64,000 nucleotides of DNA from Eledone cirrhosa (GCA_964016885.1 OZ024758.1:33480001-33544000); one strand, 5' to 3'; shown: positions 1 to 13,476, numbered from the stretch's first letter. Numbers and translations are program-made. The notes: generated from the letters alone by a model not told the origin.

Positions 1-12
1 TAAAGGGACGTA

Positions 13-3000
13 ACTATGCTGTACATTAAATAATGTAGCCTAGGTACACTATGTCTGATAGCCACTATACTGTACATTAGATAATGTAGTCCTAGGTACA
101 CTACGTCTGATAGCCACTATACTGTACATTAGATAATGTCGTCCTTGGTACACTATGTCTGATAGCCACTATACTGTACATTAAATAATGTAGCCTAGGT
201 ACACTATGTCTGGTAGCCACTATACTGTACATTAGACAATGTAGTCCTAGGTACACTATGGTGATAGCCACTATACTGTACATTAGATAATGTAGTCCTA
301 GGTACATTATGGTGATAGCCACTATACTGTACATTAGATAATGTAGTTCTAGGTACACTATGTCTGACAGCCACTATACTGTACATTAGATAATGTAGTC
401 CTAGGTACACTATGTCTGACAGCCACTATACTGTACATTAGATAATGTAGTCCTAGGTACACCATGGTGATAGCCACTATACTGTACATTAGATAATGTA
501 GTCCTAGGTACACTACGTCTGATAGCCACTATACTGTACATTAGATAATGTAGTGCTAGGTACACTATGTCTGATAGCCACTATACTGTACATTATATAA
601 TGTAGTCCTAGATACACTATGTCTGAGAGCCACTATACTGTACATTATATAATGTAGTCCTAGGTACACTATGTCTGACAGCCAGTATACTGTACATTAT
701 ATAATGTAGTCCTAGATACACTATGTCTGAGAGCCACTATACTGTACATTATATAATGTAGTCCTAGGTACACTATGTGTGATAGCCACTATACTGTACA
801 TTAGATAATGTAGTCCTAGGTACACTACGTCTGATAGCCACTATACTGTACATTAGATAATGTCGTCCTTGGTACACTATGTCTGATAGCCACTATACTG
901 TACATTAAGTAATGTAGCCTAGGTACACTATGTCTGATAGCCACTATACTGTAGATTGTATAATGTAGTCCTAGATACACTATATCTGAGAGCCACTAAA
1001 CTGTACATTAGATAATGTAGTCCTAGGTACATTATGTCTGATAGCCACTATACTGTACATTAGATAATGTAGTCCTAGATACACTATGTCTGATAGGCAC
1101 TATACTGTACATTATATAATGTAGTCCTAGATGCACTATGTCAGATAGCTACTATACTGTACATTAGATAATGTAGTTCTAGGTACAATATGTCTCATAG
1201 CCACTATACTGTACGTTAGACAATGTAGTCCTAGGTACACTATGACTGATAGCCACTATACTGTACATTAGATAATGTAGTCCTAGGTACACTATGGTGA
1301 TAGCTACTATACTGTACATTACATAATGTAGTCCTAGGTACATTATGTCTGGTAGCCACCATACTGTACATTAGATAATGTAGCCCGAGATACACTATGT
1401 CTGATAGCCTCTATACTGTACATTAGATAATGTAGTCCTAGATACACTATGTTTGACAGCCACTATACTGTACATTATATAATGTAGTCCTAGATACACT
1501 ATATCTGAGAGCCACTAAACTGTACATTAGATAATGTAGTTCTAGGTACAATATGTCTGATAGCCACTATACTGTACATTAGACAATGTAGTCCTAGGTA
1601 CACTATGACTGATAGCCACTATACTGTACATTAGATAATGTAGTCCTAGGTACACTATGGTGATAGCCACTATACTGTACATTAGATAATGTAGTCCTAG
1701 GTACATTATGTCTGGTAGCCACTATACTGTACATTAGATAATGTAGCCCGAGATACACTATGTCTGATAGCCTCTATACTGTACATTAGATAATGTAGTC
1801 CTAGATACACTATGTCTGATAGCCACTATACTGTACATTAGATAATGTAGTCCTAGGTACACTATGTCTGACAGCCACTATACTGTACATTAGATAATGT
1901 AGTCCTAGGTACACTATGTCTGATAGCCACTATACTGTACATTATATAATGTAGTCCTAGATACACTATGTCTGAGAGCCACTATACTGTACATTATATA
2001 ATGTAGTCCTAGGTACACTATGTGTGATAGCCACTATACTGTACATTAGATAATGTAGTCCTAGGTACACTACGTCTGATAGCCACTATACTGTACATTA
2101 GATAATTTCGTCCTTGGTACACTATGTCTGATAGCCACTATACTGTACATTAAATAATGTAGCCTAGGTACACTATGTCTGATAGCCACTATACTGTACA
2201 TTATATAATGTAGTCCTAGATACACTATATCTGAGAGCCACTAAACTGTACATTAAATAATGTAGTCCTAGGTACATTATGTCTGATAGCCACTATACTG
2301 TACATTATATAATGTAGTCCTAGATGCACTATGTCAGATAGCTACTATACTGTACATTAGATAATGTAGTCCTAGGTACACTATGTCTGATAGACACTAT
2401 ACTGTACATTAGATAATGTAATCCTAGATACACTATGTCTGATAGCCACTATACTTTACATTAGACAATGTAGTCCTAGGTACACTATGTCTAATAGCTA
2501 CTATACTGTACATTAGATAATGTAATCCTAGATACACTATGTCTGATAGCCACTATACTGTACATTAGACAATGTAGTCCTAGGTACACTATGACTGATA
2601 GCCACTATACTGTACATTAGATAATGTAGTCCTAGGTACACTATGGTGAGAGCCACTATACTGTACATTAGATAATGTAGTCCTAGGTACATTATGTCTG
2701 GTAGCCACTATACTGTACATTAGATAATGTAGCCCGAGATACACTATGTCTGATAGCCTCTATACTGTACATTAGATAACGTAGTCCTAGATACACTATG
2801 TCTGATAGCCACTATACTGTATATTAGATAATGTAGTCCTACGTACACTATGTCTGACAGCCACTATACTGTACATTCGATAATGTAGTCCTAGGTACAC
2901 TATGTCTGACAGCCACTATACTGTACATTAGATAATGTAGTCCTAGATACACTATGTCTGAGAGCCACTATACTGTACATTATATAATGTAGTCCTAGGT

Positions 3001-6000
3001 ACACTATGTGTGATAGCCACTATACTGTACATTAGATAATGTAGTCCTAGGTACATTATGTCTGATAGCCACTATACTGTACATTAGATAATGTAGTCCT
3101 AGGTACATTATGTCTGATAGCCTCTATACTGTACATTAGATAATGTAGCCCGAGATACACTATGTCTGATAGCCACTATACTGTACGTTAGATAATGTAG
3201 TCCTAGGTACACTATGTCTGATAGCCTCTATACTGTACATTAGATAATATAGTGCTAGGTACACTATGTCTGATAGCCACTATACTGAACATTAGATAAT
3301 GTAGTCCTAGGTACACTATGTCTGATAGCCACTATACTGTACATTATATAATGTAGTCCTAGGTACACTATGTCTGATAGCGACTATACTGTACATTATA
3401 TAATGTAGTCCTAGGTACACTATGTCTGATAGCCACTATACTGTACATTATATAATGTCGTCCTTGGTACACTATGTCTGATAGCCACTATACTGTACAT
3501 TAAATAATGTAGCCTAGGTACACTATGTCTGATAGCCACTATACTGTACATTATATAATGTAGTCCTAGATACACTATGTCTGATAGCCACTATACTGTA
3601 CATTAGATAATGTCGTCCTTGGTACACTATGTCTGATAGCCACTATACTGTACATTAAATAATGTAGCCTAGGTACACTATGTCTGATAGCCACTATACT
3701 GTACATTATATAATGTAGTCCTAGATACACTATATCTGAGAGCCACTAAACTGTACATTAGATAATGTAGTCCTAGGTACATATGTCTTATAGCCACTAT
3801 ACTGTACATTAAATAATGTAGCCTAGGTACACTATGTCTGATAGCCACTATACTGTACATTAGATAATGTAGTCCTAGGTACATTATGTCTGATAGCCAC
3901 TATACTGTACATTAGATAATGTAGTCCTAGGTACACTACGTCTGATAGCCACTATACTGTACATTAGATAATGTCGTCCTTGGTACACTATGTCTGATAG
4001 CCACTATACTGTACATTAAATAATGTAGCCTAGGTACACTATGTCTGGTAGCCTCTATACTGTACATTAGACAATGTAGTCCTAGGTACACTATGGTGAT
4101 AGCCACTATACTGTACATTAGATAATGTAGTCCTAGGTACATTATGGTGATAGCCACTATACTGTACATTAGATAATGTAGTTCTAGGTACACTATGTCT
4201 GACAGCCACTATACTGTACATTAGATAATGTAGTCCTAGGTACACTATGTCTGACAGCCACTATACTGTACATTAGATAATGTAGTCCTAGGTACACCAT
4301 GGTGATAGCCACTATACTGTACATTAGATAATGTAGTCCTAGGTACACTACGTCTGATAGCCACTATACTGTACATTAGATAATGTAGTGCTAGGTACAC
4401 TATGTCTGATATCCACTATACTGTACATTATATAATGTAGTCCTAGATACACTATGTCTGAGAGCCACTATACTGTACATTATATAATGTAGTCCTAGGT
4501 ACACTATGTCTGACAGCCACTATACTGTACATTATATAATGTAGTCCTAGATACACTATGTCTGAGAGCCACTATACTGTACATTATATAATGTAGTCCT
4601 AGGTACACTATGTGTGATAGCCACTATACTGTACATTAGATAATGTAGTCCTAGGTACACTACGTCTGATAGCCACTATACTGTACATTAGATAATGTCG
4701 TCCTTGGTACACTATGTCTGATAGCCACTATACTGTACATTAAGTAATGTAGCCTAGGTACACTATGTCTGATAGCCACTATACTGTAGATTGTATAATG
4801 TAGTCCTAGATACACTATATCTGAGAGCCACTAAACTGTACATTAGATAATGTAGTCCTAGGTACATTATGTCTGATAGCCACTATACTGTACATTAGAT
4901 AATGTAGTCCTAGATACACTATGTCTGATAGGCACTATACTGTACATTATATAATGTAGTCCTAGATGCACTATGTCAGATAGCTACTATACTGTACATT
5001 AGATAATGTAGTTCTAGGTACAATATGTCTCATAGCCACTATACTGTACGTTAGACAATGTAGTCCTAGGTACACTATGACTGATAGCCACTATACTGTA
5101 CATTAGATAATGTAGTCCTAGGTACACTATGGTGATAGCTACTATACTGTACATTACATAATGTAGTCCTAGGTACATTATGTCTGGTAGCCACCATACT
5201 GTACATTAGATAATGTAGCCCGAGATACACTATGTCTGATAGCCTCTATACTGTACATTAGATAATGTAGTCCTAGATACACTATGTTTGACAGCCACTA
5301 TACTGTACATTATATAATGTAGTCCTAGATACACTATATCTGAGAGCCACTAAACTGTACATTAGATAATGTAGTTCTAGGTACAATATGTCTGATAGCC
5401 ACTATACTGTACATTAGACAATGCAGTCCTAGGTACACTATGACTGATAGCCACTATACTGTACATTAGATAATGTAGTCCTAGGTACACTATGGTGATA
5501 GCCACTATACTGTACATTAGATAATGTAGTCCTAGGTACATTATGTCTGGTAGCCACTATACTGTACATTAGATAATGTAGCCCGAGATACACTATGTCT
5601 GATAGCCTCTATACTGTACATTAGATAATGTAGTCCTAGATACACTATGTCTGATAGCCACTATACTGTACATTAGATAATGTAGTCCTAGGTACACTAT
5701 GTCTGACAGCCACTATACTGTACATTAGATAATGTAGTCCTAGGTACACTATGTCTGATAGCCACTATACTGTACATTATATAATGTAGTCCTAGATACA
5801 CTATGTCTGAGAGCCACTATACTGTACATTATATAATGTAGTCCTAGGTACACTATGTGTGATAGCCACTATACTGTACATTAGATAATGTAGTCCTAGG
5901 TACACTACGTCTGATAGCCACTATACTGTACATTAGATAATGTCGTCCTTGGTACACTATGTCTGATAGCCACTATACTGTACATTAAATAATGTAGCCT

Positions 6001-9000
6001 AGGTACACTATGTCTGATAGCCACTATACTGTACATTATATAATGTAGTCCTAGATACACTATATCTGAGAGCCACTAAACTGTACATTAAATAATGTAG
6101 TCCTAGGTACATTATGTCTGATAGCCACTATACTGTACATTAGATAATGTAGTCCTAGATACACTATGTCTGATAGGCACTATACTGTACATTATATAAT
6201 GTAGTCCTAGATGCACTATGTCAGATAGCTACTATACTGTACATTAGATAATGTAGTCCTAGGTACACTATGTCTGATAGACACTATACTGTACATTAGA
6301 TAATGTAATCCTAGATACACTATGTCTGATAGCCACTATACTGTACATTAGACAATGTAGTCCTAGGTACACTATGTCTAATAGCTACTATACTGTACAT
6401 TAGATAATGTAATCCTAGATACACTATGTCTGATAGCCACTATACTGTACATTAGACATTGTAGTCCTAGGTACACTATGTCTGAGAGCCACTATACTGT
6501 ACATTATATAATGTAGTCCTAGGTACACTATGTGTGATAGCCACTATACTGTACATTAGATAATGTAGTCCTAGGTACATTATGTCTGATAGCCACTATA
6601 CTGTACATTAGATAATGTAGTCCTAGGTACACTATGTCTGACAGCCACTATACTGTACATTAGATAATGTAGTCCTAGGTACACTATGGTGATAGCCACT
6701 ATACTGTACATTAGATAATGTAGTCCTAGGTACACTATGGTGATAGCCACTATACTGTACATTAGATAATGTAGTCCTAGGTACATTATGTCTGGTAGCC
6801 ACTATACTGTACATTAGATAATGTAGCCCGAGATACACTATGTCTGATAGCCTCTATACTGTACATTAGATAATGTAGTCCTAGATACACTATGTCTGAT
6901 AGCCACTATACTGTACATTATATAATGTAGTCCTAGATACACTATGTCTGAGAGCCACTATACTGTACATTATATAATGTAGTCCTAGGTACACTATGTG
7001 TGATAGCCACTATACTGTACATTAGATAATGTAGTCCTAGGTACACTACGTCTGATAGCCACTATACTGTACATTAGATAATGTCGTCCTTGGTACACTA
7101 TGTCTGACAGCCACTATACTGTACATTAAATAATGTAGCCTAGGTACACTATGTCTGATAGCCACTATACTGTACATTATATAATGTAGTCCTAGATACA
7201 CTATATCTGAGAGCCACTAAACTGTACATTAAATAATGTAGTCCTAGGTACATTATGTCTGATAGCCACTATACTGTACATTAGATAATGTAGTCCTAGA
7301 TACACTATGTCTGATAGGCACTATACTGTACATTATATAATGTAGTCCTAGATGCACTATGTCAGATAGCTACTATACTGTACATTAGATAATGTAGTCC
7401 TAGGTACACTATGTCTGATAGACACTATACTGTACATTAGATAATGTAATCCTAGATACACTATGTCTGATAGCCACTATACTGTACATTAGACAATGTA
7501 GTCCTAGGTACACTATGTCTAATAGCTACTATACTGTACATTAGATAATGTAATCCTAGATACACTATGTCTGATAGCCACTATACTGTACATTAGACAA
7601 TGTAGTCCTAGGTACACTATGTCTGAGAGCCACTATACTGTACATCATATAATGTAGTCCTAGGTACACTATGTGTGATAGCCACTATACTGTACATTAG
7701 ATAATGTAGTCCTAGGTACATTATGTCTGATAGCCACTATACTGTACATTAGATAATGTAGTCCTAGGTACACTATGTCTGACAGCCACTATACTGTACA
7801 TTAGATAATGTAGTCCTAGGTACACTATGGTGATAGCCACTATACTGTACATTAGATAATGTAGTCCTAGGTACATTATGTCTGATAGCCACTATACTGT
7901 ATATTAGATAATGTAGTCCTAGGTACACTATGGTGACAGCCACTATACTGTACATTAGATAATGTAGTCCTAGGTACATTATGTCTGATAGCCACTATAC
8001 TGTACATTAGATAATGTAGTCCTAGGTACATTATGTCTGGTAGCCACTATACTGTACATTAGATAATGTACTTCTAGATACACCATGTCTGATAGCCTCT
8101 ATATTGTACATTAAATAATGTTGTCCTAGATACACTATGTCTGATAGCTACTATACTCTATATTATATAATGTAGTCCTAGGTACACTATGTGTGATAGC
8201 CACTATACTGTACATTAAATAATGTAGCCTAGGTACACTATGTCTGATAGCCACTATACTGTACATTATATAATGTAGTCCTAGGTACACTATGTCTGAT
8301 AGCCTCTATACTGTACATTAGATAATGTAGTCCTAGATACACTATGTCTGATAGGCGCTATACTGTACATTATATAATGTAGTCCTAGATGCACTATGTC
8401 AGATAGCTACTATACTGTACATTAGATAATGTAGTTCTAGGTACAATATGTCTCATAGCCACTATACTGTACATTAGACAATGTAGTCCTAGGTACACTA
8501 TGACTGATAGCCACTATACTGTACATTGGATAATGTAGTCCTAGGTACACTATGGTGATAGCCACTATACTGTACATTAGATAATGTAGTCCTAGGTACA
8601 TTATGTCTGGTAGCCACTATACTGTACATTAGATAATGTAGCCCGAGATACACTATGTCTGATAGCCTCTATACTGTACATTAGATAATGTAGTCCTAGA
8701 TACACTATGTCTGATAGCTACTATACTGTACATTAGATTATGTAGTCCTAGATACACTATGTCTGATAGCTACTATACTGTACATTAGATAATGTAGTCC
8801 TAGATACACTATGTCTGATAGCCACTATACTGTACATTAGATAATGTAGTCCTAGGTACACTATGTCTGATAGCCACTATACTGTACATTAGATAATGTA
8901 GTCTTAGGTACACTACGTCTGATAGCCACTATACTGTACATTAGATAATGTAGTCCTTGGTACACTATGTCTGATAGCCACTATACTGTACATTAAATAA

Positions 9001-9775
9001 TGTAGCCTAGGTACACTGTCTGATAGCCACTATACTGTACATTATATAATGTAGTCCTAGATACACTATATCTGAGAGCCACTAAACTGTACATTAGATA
9101 ATGTAGTCCTAGGTACATTATGTCTGATAGCCACTATACTGTACATTAGATAATGTAGTCCTAGATACACTATGTCTGATAGGCACTATACTGTACATTA
9201 TATAATGTAGTCCTAGATACACTATGTCAGATAGCTACTATACTGTACAATAGATAATGTAGTTCTAGGTACAATATGTCTGATAGCCACTATACTGTAC
9301 ATTAGACAATGTAGTCCTAGGTACACTTTGACTGATAGCCACTATACTGTACATTAGATAATGTAGTCCTAGGTACACTATGGTGATAGCCACTATACTG
9401 TACATTAGATAATGTAGTCCTAGGTACACTATGACTGATAGCCACTATACTGTACATTAGATAATGTAGTCCTAGGTACACTATGTCTGATAGCCAATAT
9501 ACTGTACATTAGATAATGTAGTCCTAGGTACACTATGTCTGATAGCCACTATACTGTACATTAGATAATGTAGTCCTAGGTACACTATGTCTGATAGCCA
9601 CTATACTGTACATTAGATAATGTAGTCCTACATACACTATGTCTGATAGCCACTATACTGTACATTATATAATGTAGTACTAGGTACACTATGTCTGATA
9701 GCCACTATACTGTACATTAGATAATGTAGTCCTAGGTACACTATGTCTGATAGCCACTATACTGTACATTAGATA
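13..9775. repeat. 52-bp tandem satellite array (~188 monomers), consensus GTAGTCCTAGGTACACTATGTCTGATAGCCACTATACTGTACATTAGATAAT
   Basis: Head-to-tail 52-bp units (51-bp variants GTAGCCTAGG, ATGGTGATAG) read directly, with no spacers. The first ~12 nt of the window do not match the consensus. The array ends at ...ACATTAGATA (9775). Confidence 0.98.
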
Positions 9776-10076
9776 TGTTTCTTTTATTTGCCACTAGGGC
9801 ATCAAAAGTGGGACAAGTACAAAGGGGGGAGTTTACACAAAAAGGCGTCCTCAATAAGGAGGAGGCAATAACAAAATATAAAAATAAAATAAGATACAAC
9901 AAAAAATAAGATTTATAACAAAATCCTCAATAGACACACCCCCGAAAAAAGTGTGCAACCCTTCTCCTCAGGAGCACCGAGAAGGGGTGCTCCCTTGGTC
10001 TTTCATGTTCCTCACCTATAGTCTGACGTAGAGTGAAGGCCCATTCACACGGGCCATTCTCGCCACTTTCACCACT
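9776..10076 (-). mobile_element. 5'-truncated 3' end of a non-LTR retrotransposon, probably L1/Tx1 clade (ORF C-terminus + 3' UTR)
   Basis: The minus strand reads ...VKVARMARVNGPSLYVRL*, then a T-rich UTR ending AATAAAAGAAACA at the satellite. Clade assignment is from recalled similarity to cephalopod Tx1-like ORF2 ends. Confidence 0.55.
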
Positions 10077-10690
10077 GATACCAAACGTTGAGAGGGGCCG
10101 TTATACTCCGGGCGATGTGGTCAATACCAAGGGTGAACAGGAGGGGTCCCAAAGGGTTGCCCTGTTGGATCCCAGTAGCCAAGGGTATGACCGTATCAGC
10201 AGCATGGCGCATGCTCGAGGCTCCATATGACAGGTAGGCTGAGGGGGCTCGGCTGAGGCAGGCCTCGAGCAGATGATCCCAGCGTAAAGAGTTGAAGGCA
10301 TTCCTCATGTCAAACTTGACAATGAGGTGGCTGGAGGCCCTGGATGCCGGTTCCGAGTGTTACGGACTTGCAGATTACCTTGGCAGCTAGCCTCCGGAAG
10401 ACATTGCCCACAGCAATGGGGCGTATGCCACCCTCTTTCTTCCTGAGAGCGGTGAGGCTGGCCGAAAAAAAGAGGCCTCGAGCGTAAGAGTCCGGGGCGC
10501 CATGGATGAGCCTATTGGTGAGCGCCACAATTGCACTCAGAAGGCGGCGCCCGGCCTCAGCGGAGAGGGGAGATATCAACTCCTTGAGGAGGCCTGGTCA
10601 GAGACCATCAACATCTCCGCAGCTGCTAGCTGGGAAGGACCTGATGGCGGACATGATGTCTGCATCAGAAGCCACAAGGAGCAAGTGTGG
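10077..10690 (-). pseudogene. CRE-clade retrotransposon RT fragment, copy 1 (cut at WY, before the catalytic LDD)
   Basis: Near-identical to 22375-22988 (offset 12298). Motifs GGIRPIAVG, FDMRNAFNS, GIQQGNPLGPLLF. Confidence 0.9.
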
Positions 10691-10784
10691 ATTACAATAC
10701 AAAACCTCTGAGAATGATTTCTAAGAATTTCACCATAATTAATTTTCATCAATATATATTAATATTATTATTGTTTATTAGGTC

Positions 10785-11005
10785 AGGTGGATTGGCGAGA
10801 ACAATTCTACTCTTCTTTTTTAGATGTCACGATTTTTCATGGCATTCCTGAGATCATTAATCTCCAGGTGGAGATCCAGAGACATCTGATGTATGTAGGT
10901 GAACCTCAGTCATCCCACTTGGGTCTTACTATGTTTAGGTATCCACCACAGGAGCCAGCTCATCAGGTCATCCTACCCTCAGCAGCAATGTCCAGCATCT
11001 ATTGA
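10785..11005 (-). mobile_element. Degenerate LINE C-terminal fragment, RTE-like (also ~23083-23303, ~29573-29793)
   Basis: Minus-strand translation AGHCC*G*DDLMSWLLWWIPKHSKTQVG*LRFTYIHQM...DLRNAMKNRDI* fits the GH...LLW.P.HG...GRP..TYI...AM.DR pattern of RTE-type C-termini, with stops. Confidence 0.6.
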
Positions 11006-11134
11006 CTTCCGCTCCCTAGTTATTGTGGTAATCTTCGATATCTGGGAATATATTTCTTCTGCTTAAGGGAGTAATAAATATATAGTTTAAAAAAAAATAT
11101 ATATATACACACACATATATATATGTTGACATTT

Positions 11135-11281
11135 ATAAGAGTTCTCTATCAAAAGCCTTCTCTATGTCCAAAGCTAAGTATAGTGGCTTATTTGTCTCTA
11201 AGAACCTCTCTTGTAGTTGTCTCACTAAGAAGAGGGCATCTGTTGTACTTTTCAGAGGCACAAAAGCAAACTGCATCTCAT
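11135..11281 (-). mobile_element. RTE-clade reverse transcriptase fragment (also ~23433-23579, ~29923-30069)
   Basis: EMQFAFVPLKSTTDALFLVRQLQERFLETNKPLYLALDIEKAFDR matches the QFGF...STTDAIF.RQLQE...DLEKAFDR RT motifs of RTE LINEs. Confidence 0.85.
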
Positions 11282-11325
11282 ACACATACATACATATACA
11301 TACATACATACATATACACATACAT

Positions 11326-11672
11326 ACATCATCATCATCATCATTTCGTTTTAAGTCCGCTTTTTCCCTGCTTGCAAGGGTGGGACGGGAACTGATTCTG
11401 GCTTGATTTCTACAGCTGGATGCCCTTCCTAACACCAACCTCATTTACAGTGAGTGCTGGGTGCTTTTTTGCCGTGGCACCTCCACGACCACTTTGCAGT
11501 GGAATGATATGGACCCCAGTCCCTATCATCTCATTTCTACAGCTGAGTAAACTGGAGCAATGTGAAATAAAGTGTCTTGCTCAAGGAAACAACACATCAC
11601 CCGGTCTGAGAATTGAACTCACAACCTTTCGATTGCCAGGCCAATGCTCTAACCACTAAGCCATGTGCCTCC
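11326..11672 (-). mobile_element. tRNA-derived SINE with CORE-like domain and (GAT)n tail (also ~23624-23973, ~30114-30457)
   Basis: Minus strand begins GGAGGCACATGGCTTAGTGGTTAGAGC (A box), then GAGTTCAATTC (B box), CCTTGAGCAAGACACTTTATTTCAC (central domain), GGTTGGTGTTAGGAAGGGCATCCAGCTGTAGAAA, and a (GAT)n tail. Confidence 0.8.
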
Positions 11673-11969
11673 ATATACATATACATACACATACATATAC
11701 ATACATACATATATATATATACATACATACATATATACACATACATACATACACATACATACATACATACACATATACATACATATATATACATATACAT
11801 ACATACACATACATAAGCATATACACATAAGTATATATACATATACACACGTATATATACATATACATACATACATATATACATATACATACATATATAT
11901 ACATATACATACATACATATATACATACATATATACACATACATACATATATACATATATACACATACA
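11673..11969. repeat. Compound (TACA/TATA/CA)n microsatellite (also ~23974-24246, ~30458-30750)
   Basis: Direct reading. Length differs between unit copies. Confidence 0.95.
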
Positions 11970-12486
11970 TGGTGGCTGCCAACTCGTTTTCGAGTACGGC
12001 CACTACTTTATATCCATGTAGGAGAACCCCTACCGATGTGCTGAACGAGTGTGACTTTTTAGTCCAGCCAGCGACTTGAAAACTCTGGTACAAACACTAC
12101 ACTTGTGACAATTATTGACACATAGTGCTGGGCCCATGGTACCATGTGACGGCAAGTGCAGAGAGATCTCCAGATATAAAGCAATGCCTGTGCCATGAAG
12201 CTTTTATAGTGAGCAAAGGCACTGCACAAAGCCAGTCCCACTCTCTTAACCAAGATGATATTTACCAAAAAGAAGAACAAGTCAACATCATTGGATACCA
12301 TCAGGGTTGCAGGTGTTATATCAGAGTTTTCCTTCTCCTAGAATTCTGCCTTGACAAAAGCTAAGGGGTCATCTCTCCCAGTGATTTTGGATGGCCATTG
12401 ACTCTTAAGAGCTCCTTTGCCCTTTGACAGGTTTTGTTTTTAGTCCTGCAGGATGTCCAAAGTCACCCTCCTCACCAAGAAACCTT

Positions 12487-12750
12487 ACATACATATATAC
12501 ATACATACACACATATACACATACATACACACATATACATACATATATACATATACACATACATACATATACATACATATACATATACATACACATACAT
12601 ATATATATATATACATACACACACATATACATACACACACATACATATACACATATATACACATACATACATATACATACATATACACATATACACTCAT
12701 ATATATACATACATACACACACATACATACATACATATATATACATACAT
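12487..12750. repeat. Compound (TACA/TATA/CA)n microsatellite (also ~24764-25027, ~31268-31549)
   Basis: Direct reading. Confidence 0.95.
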
Positions 12751-12869
12751 AAAGACAAATCCACCTCATGGACGAGAATGCAAGGGCTCCTCCTCTTTGT
12801 TTCGGCCGCGGATGGCTAACATAACCCCATCCCCGCTCCCCACCGCTCCCACCCTCCAAACGCAATCCA

Positions 12870-13065
12870 AAACTTCAGAGTTGGTACCATGAATGTAGGC
12901 ACCTTAAAGGGTGGCTCTAACGAGGTTGTAGAAATGCTTGAACGTAAGGAGGTCGATGTTTGTTTTATTCAAGAGACCAGGTGGAGGGGTGGGTCTGCTA
13001 GATTCATAGTGGGTAAAGAACGATGCAATAAGCTTTTCTGTGTGGGAAATGACAATGGGCTGGGT
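12870..13065 (+). mobile_element. RTE LINE apurinic-like endonuclease N-terminal fragment (also ~25147-25342, ~31669-31864)
   Basis: [36 protein letters not shown]...KLFCVGN carries the NV...D...QETRW motifs of the APE domain of RTE elements. Confidence 0.85.
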
Positions 13066-13089
13066 ATACACATACCACCCCACCACCCC

Positions 13090-13296
13090 AGCGCAAAGTG
13101 GTCGTGGAGGCGCCGCGGCAAAAATGCACCCAGCCCACACTGCAAAGCTGACGTGGAGGTGCCACGGAAAAAAAAAGTACCCAGCACTCACTGCAAACGG
13201 GGTTGGCGTCAGGAAGGGCACCCAGCTGTAGAAACCAATCCAGAATCAGCTCCCATCCCACCCTTGCAAGCATGGAAAAGCGGACGTATGATGAAG
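13090..13296 (+). mobile_element. SINE/RTE-type 3' tail fragment, inverted relative to 11350-11500
   Basis: GGTTGGCGTCAGGAAGGGCACCCAGCTGTAGAAA...CCCTTGCAAGCATGGAAAAGCGGACG is the reverse complement of the tail at 11350-11500. Confidence 0.75.
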
Positions 13297-13297
13297 T

Positions 13298-13344
<47 letters not shown>

Positions 13345-13476
13345 CATATGTACACATATACACATACATATATGTACATATATATACACATGCATATATA
13401 CACACATATATATCAGTGTACATATACATATACATATATATATATAAATGAATATTTATTCAATTTAAAGCGCCAA

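Noticed and set aside
101-7979. Short ORFs in the 52-bp array
   Set aside because: By-products of the repeat. 52 is not a multiple of 3 and frames close within a few monomers.
13-9775. CRISPR array
   Set aside because: Contiguous monomers with no unique spacers, no cas genes, eukaryotic TE context. The same applies to 36384-64000.
13-9775. Hammerhead ribozyme in the satellite monomer (CTGATAG resembles CUGANGA)
   Set aside because: The core is CTGATAG or CTGAGAG rather than CTGANGA, and there is no downstream GAAA. The 54-mer minus strand (CTGACAG) also fails.
11970-12486. Possible coding fragment between microsatellites (ORFs 12059-12301, 12125-12364)
   Set aside because: No motif I can confidently assign, and stops in adjacent frames. 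Probably TE-derived but left unclassified.
11597-13451. Y/I/H/T- and M/Y/V/C-rich ORFs (also 23898-25753, 30382-32301, 33743-34491)
   Set aside because: Translations of TA/CA/TACA microsatellites.
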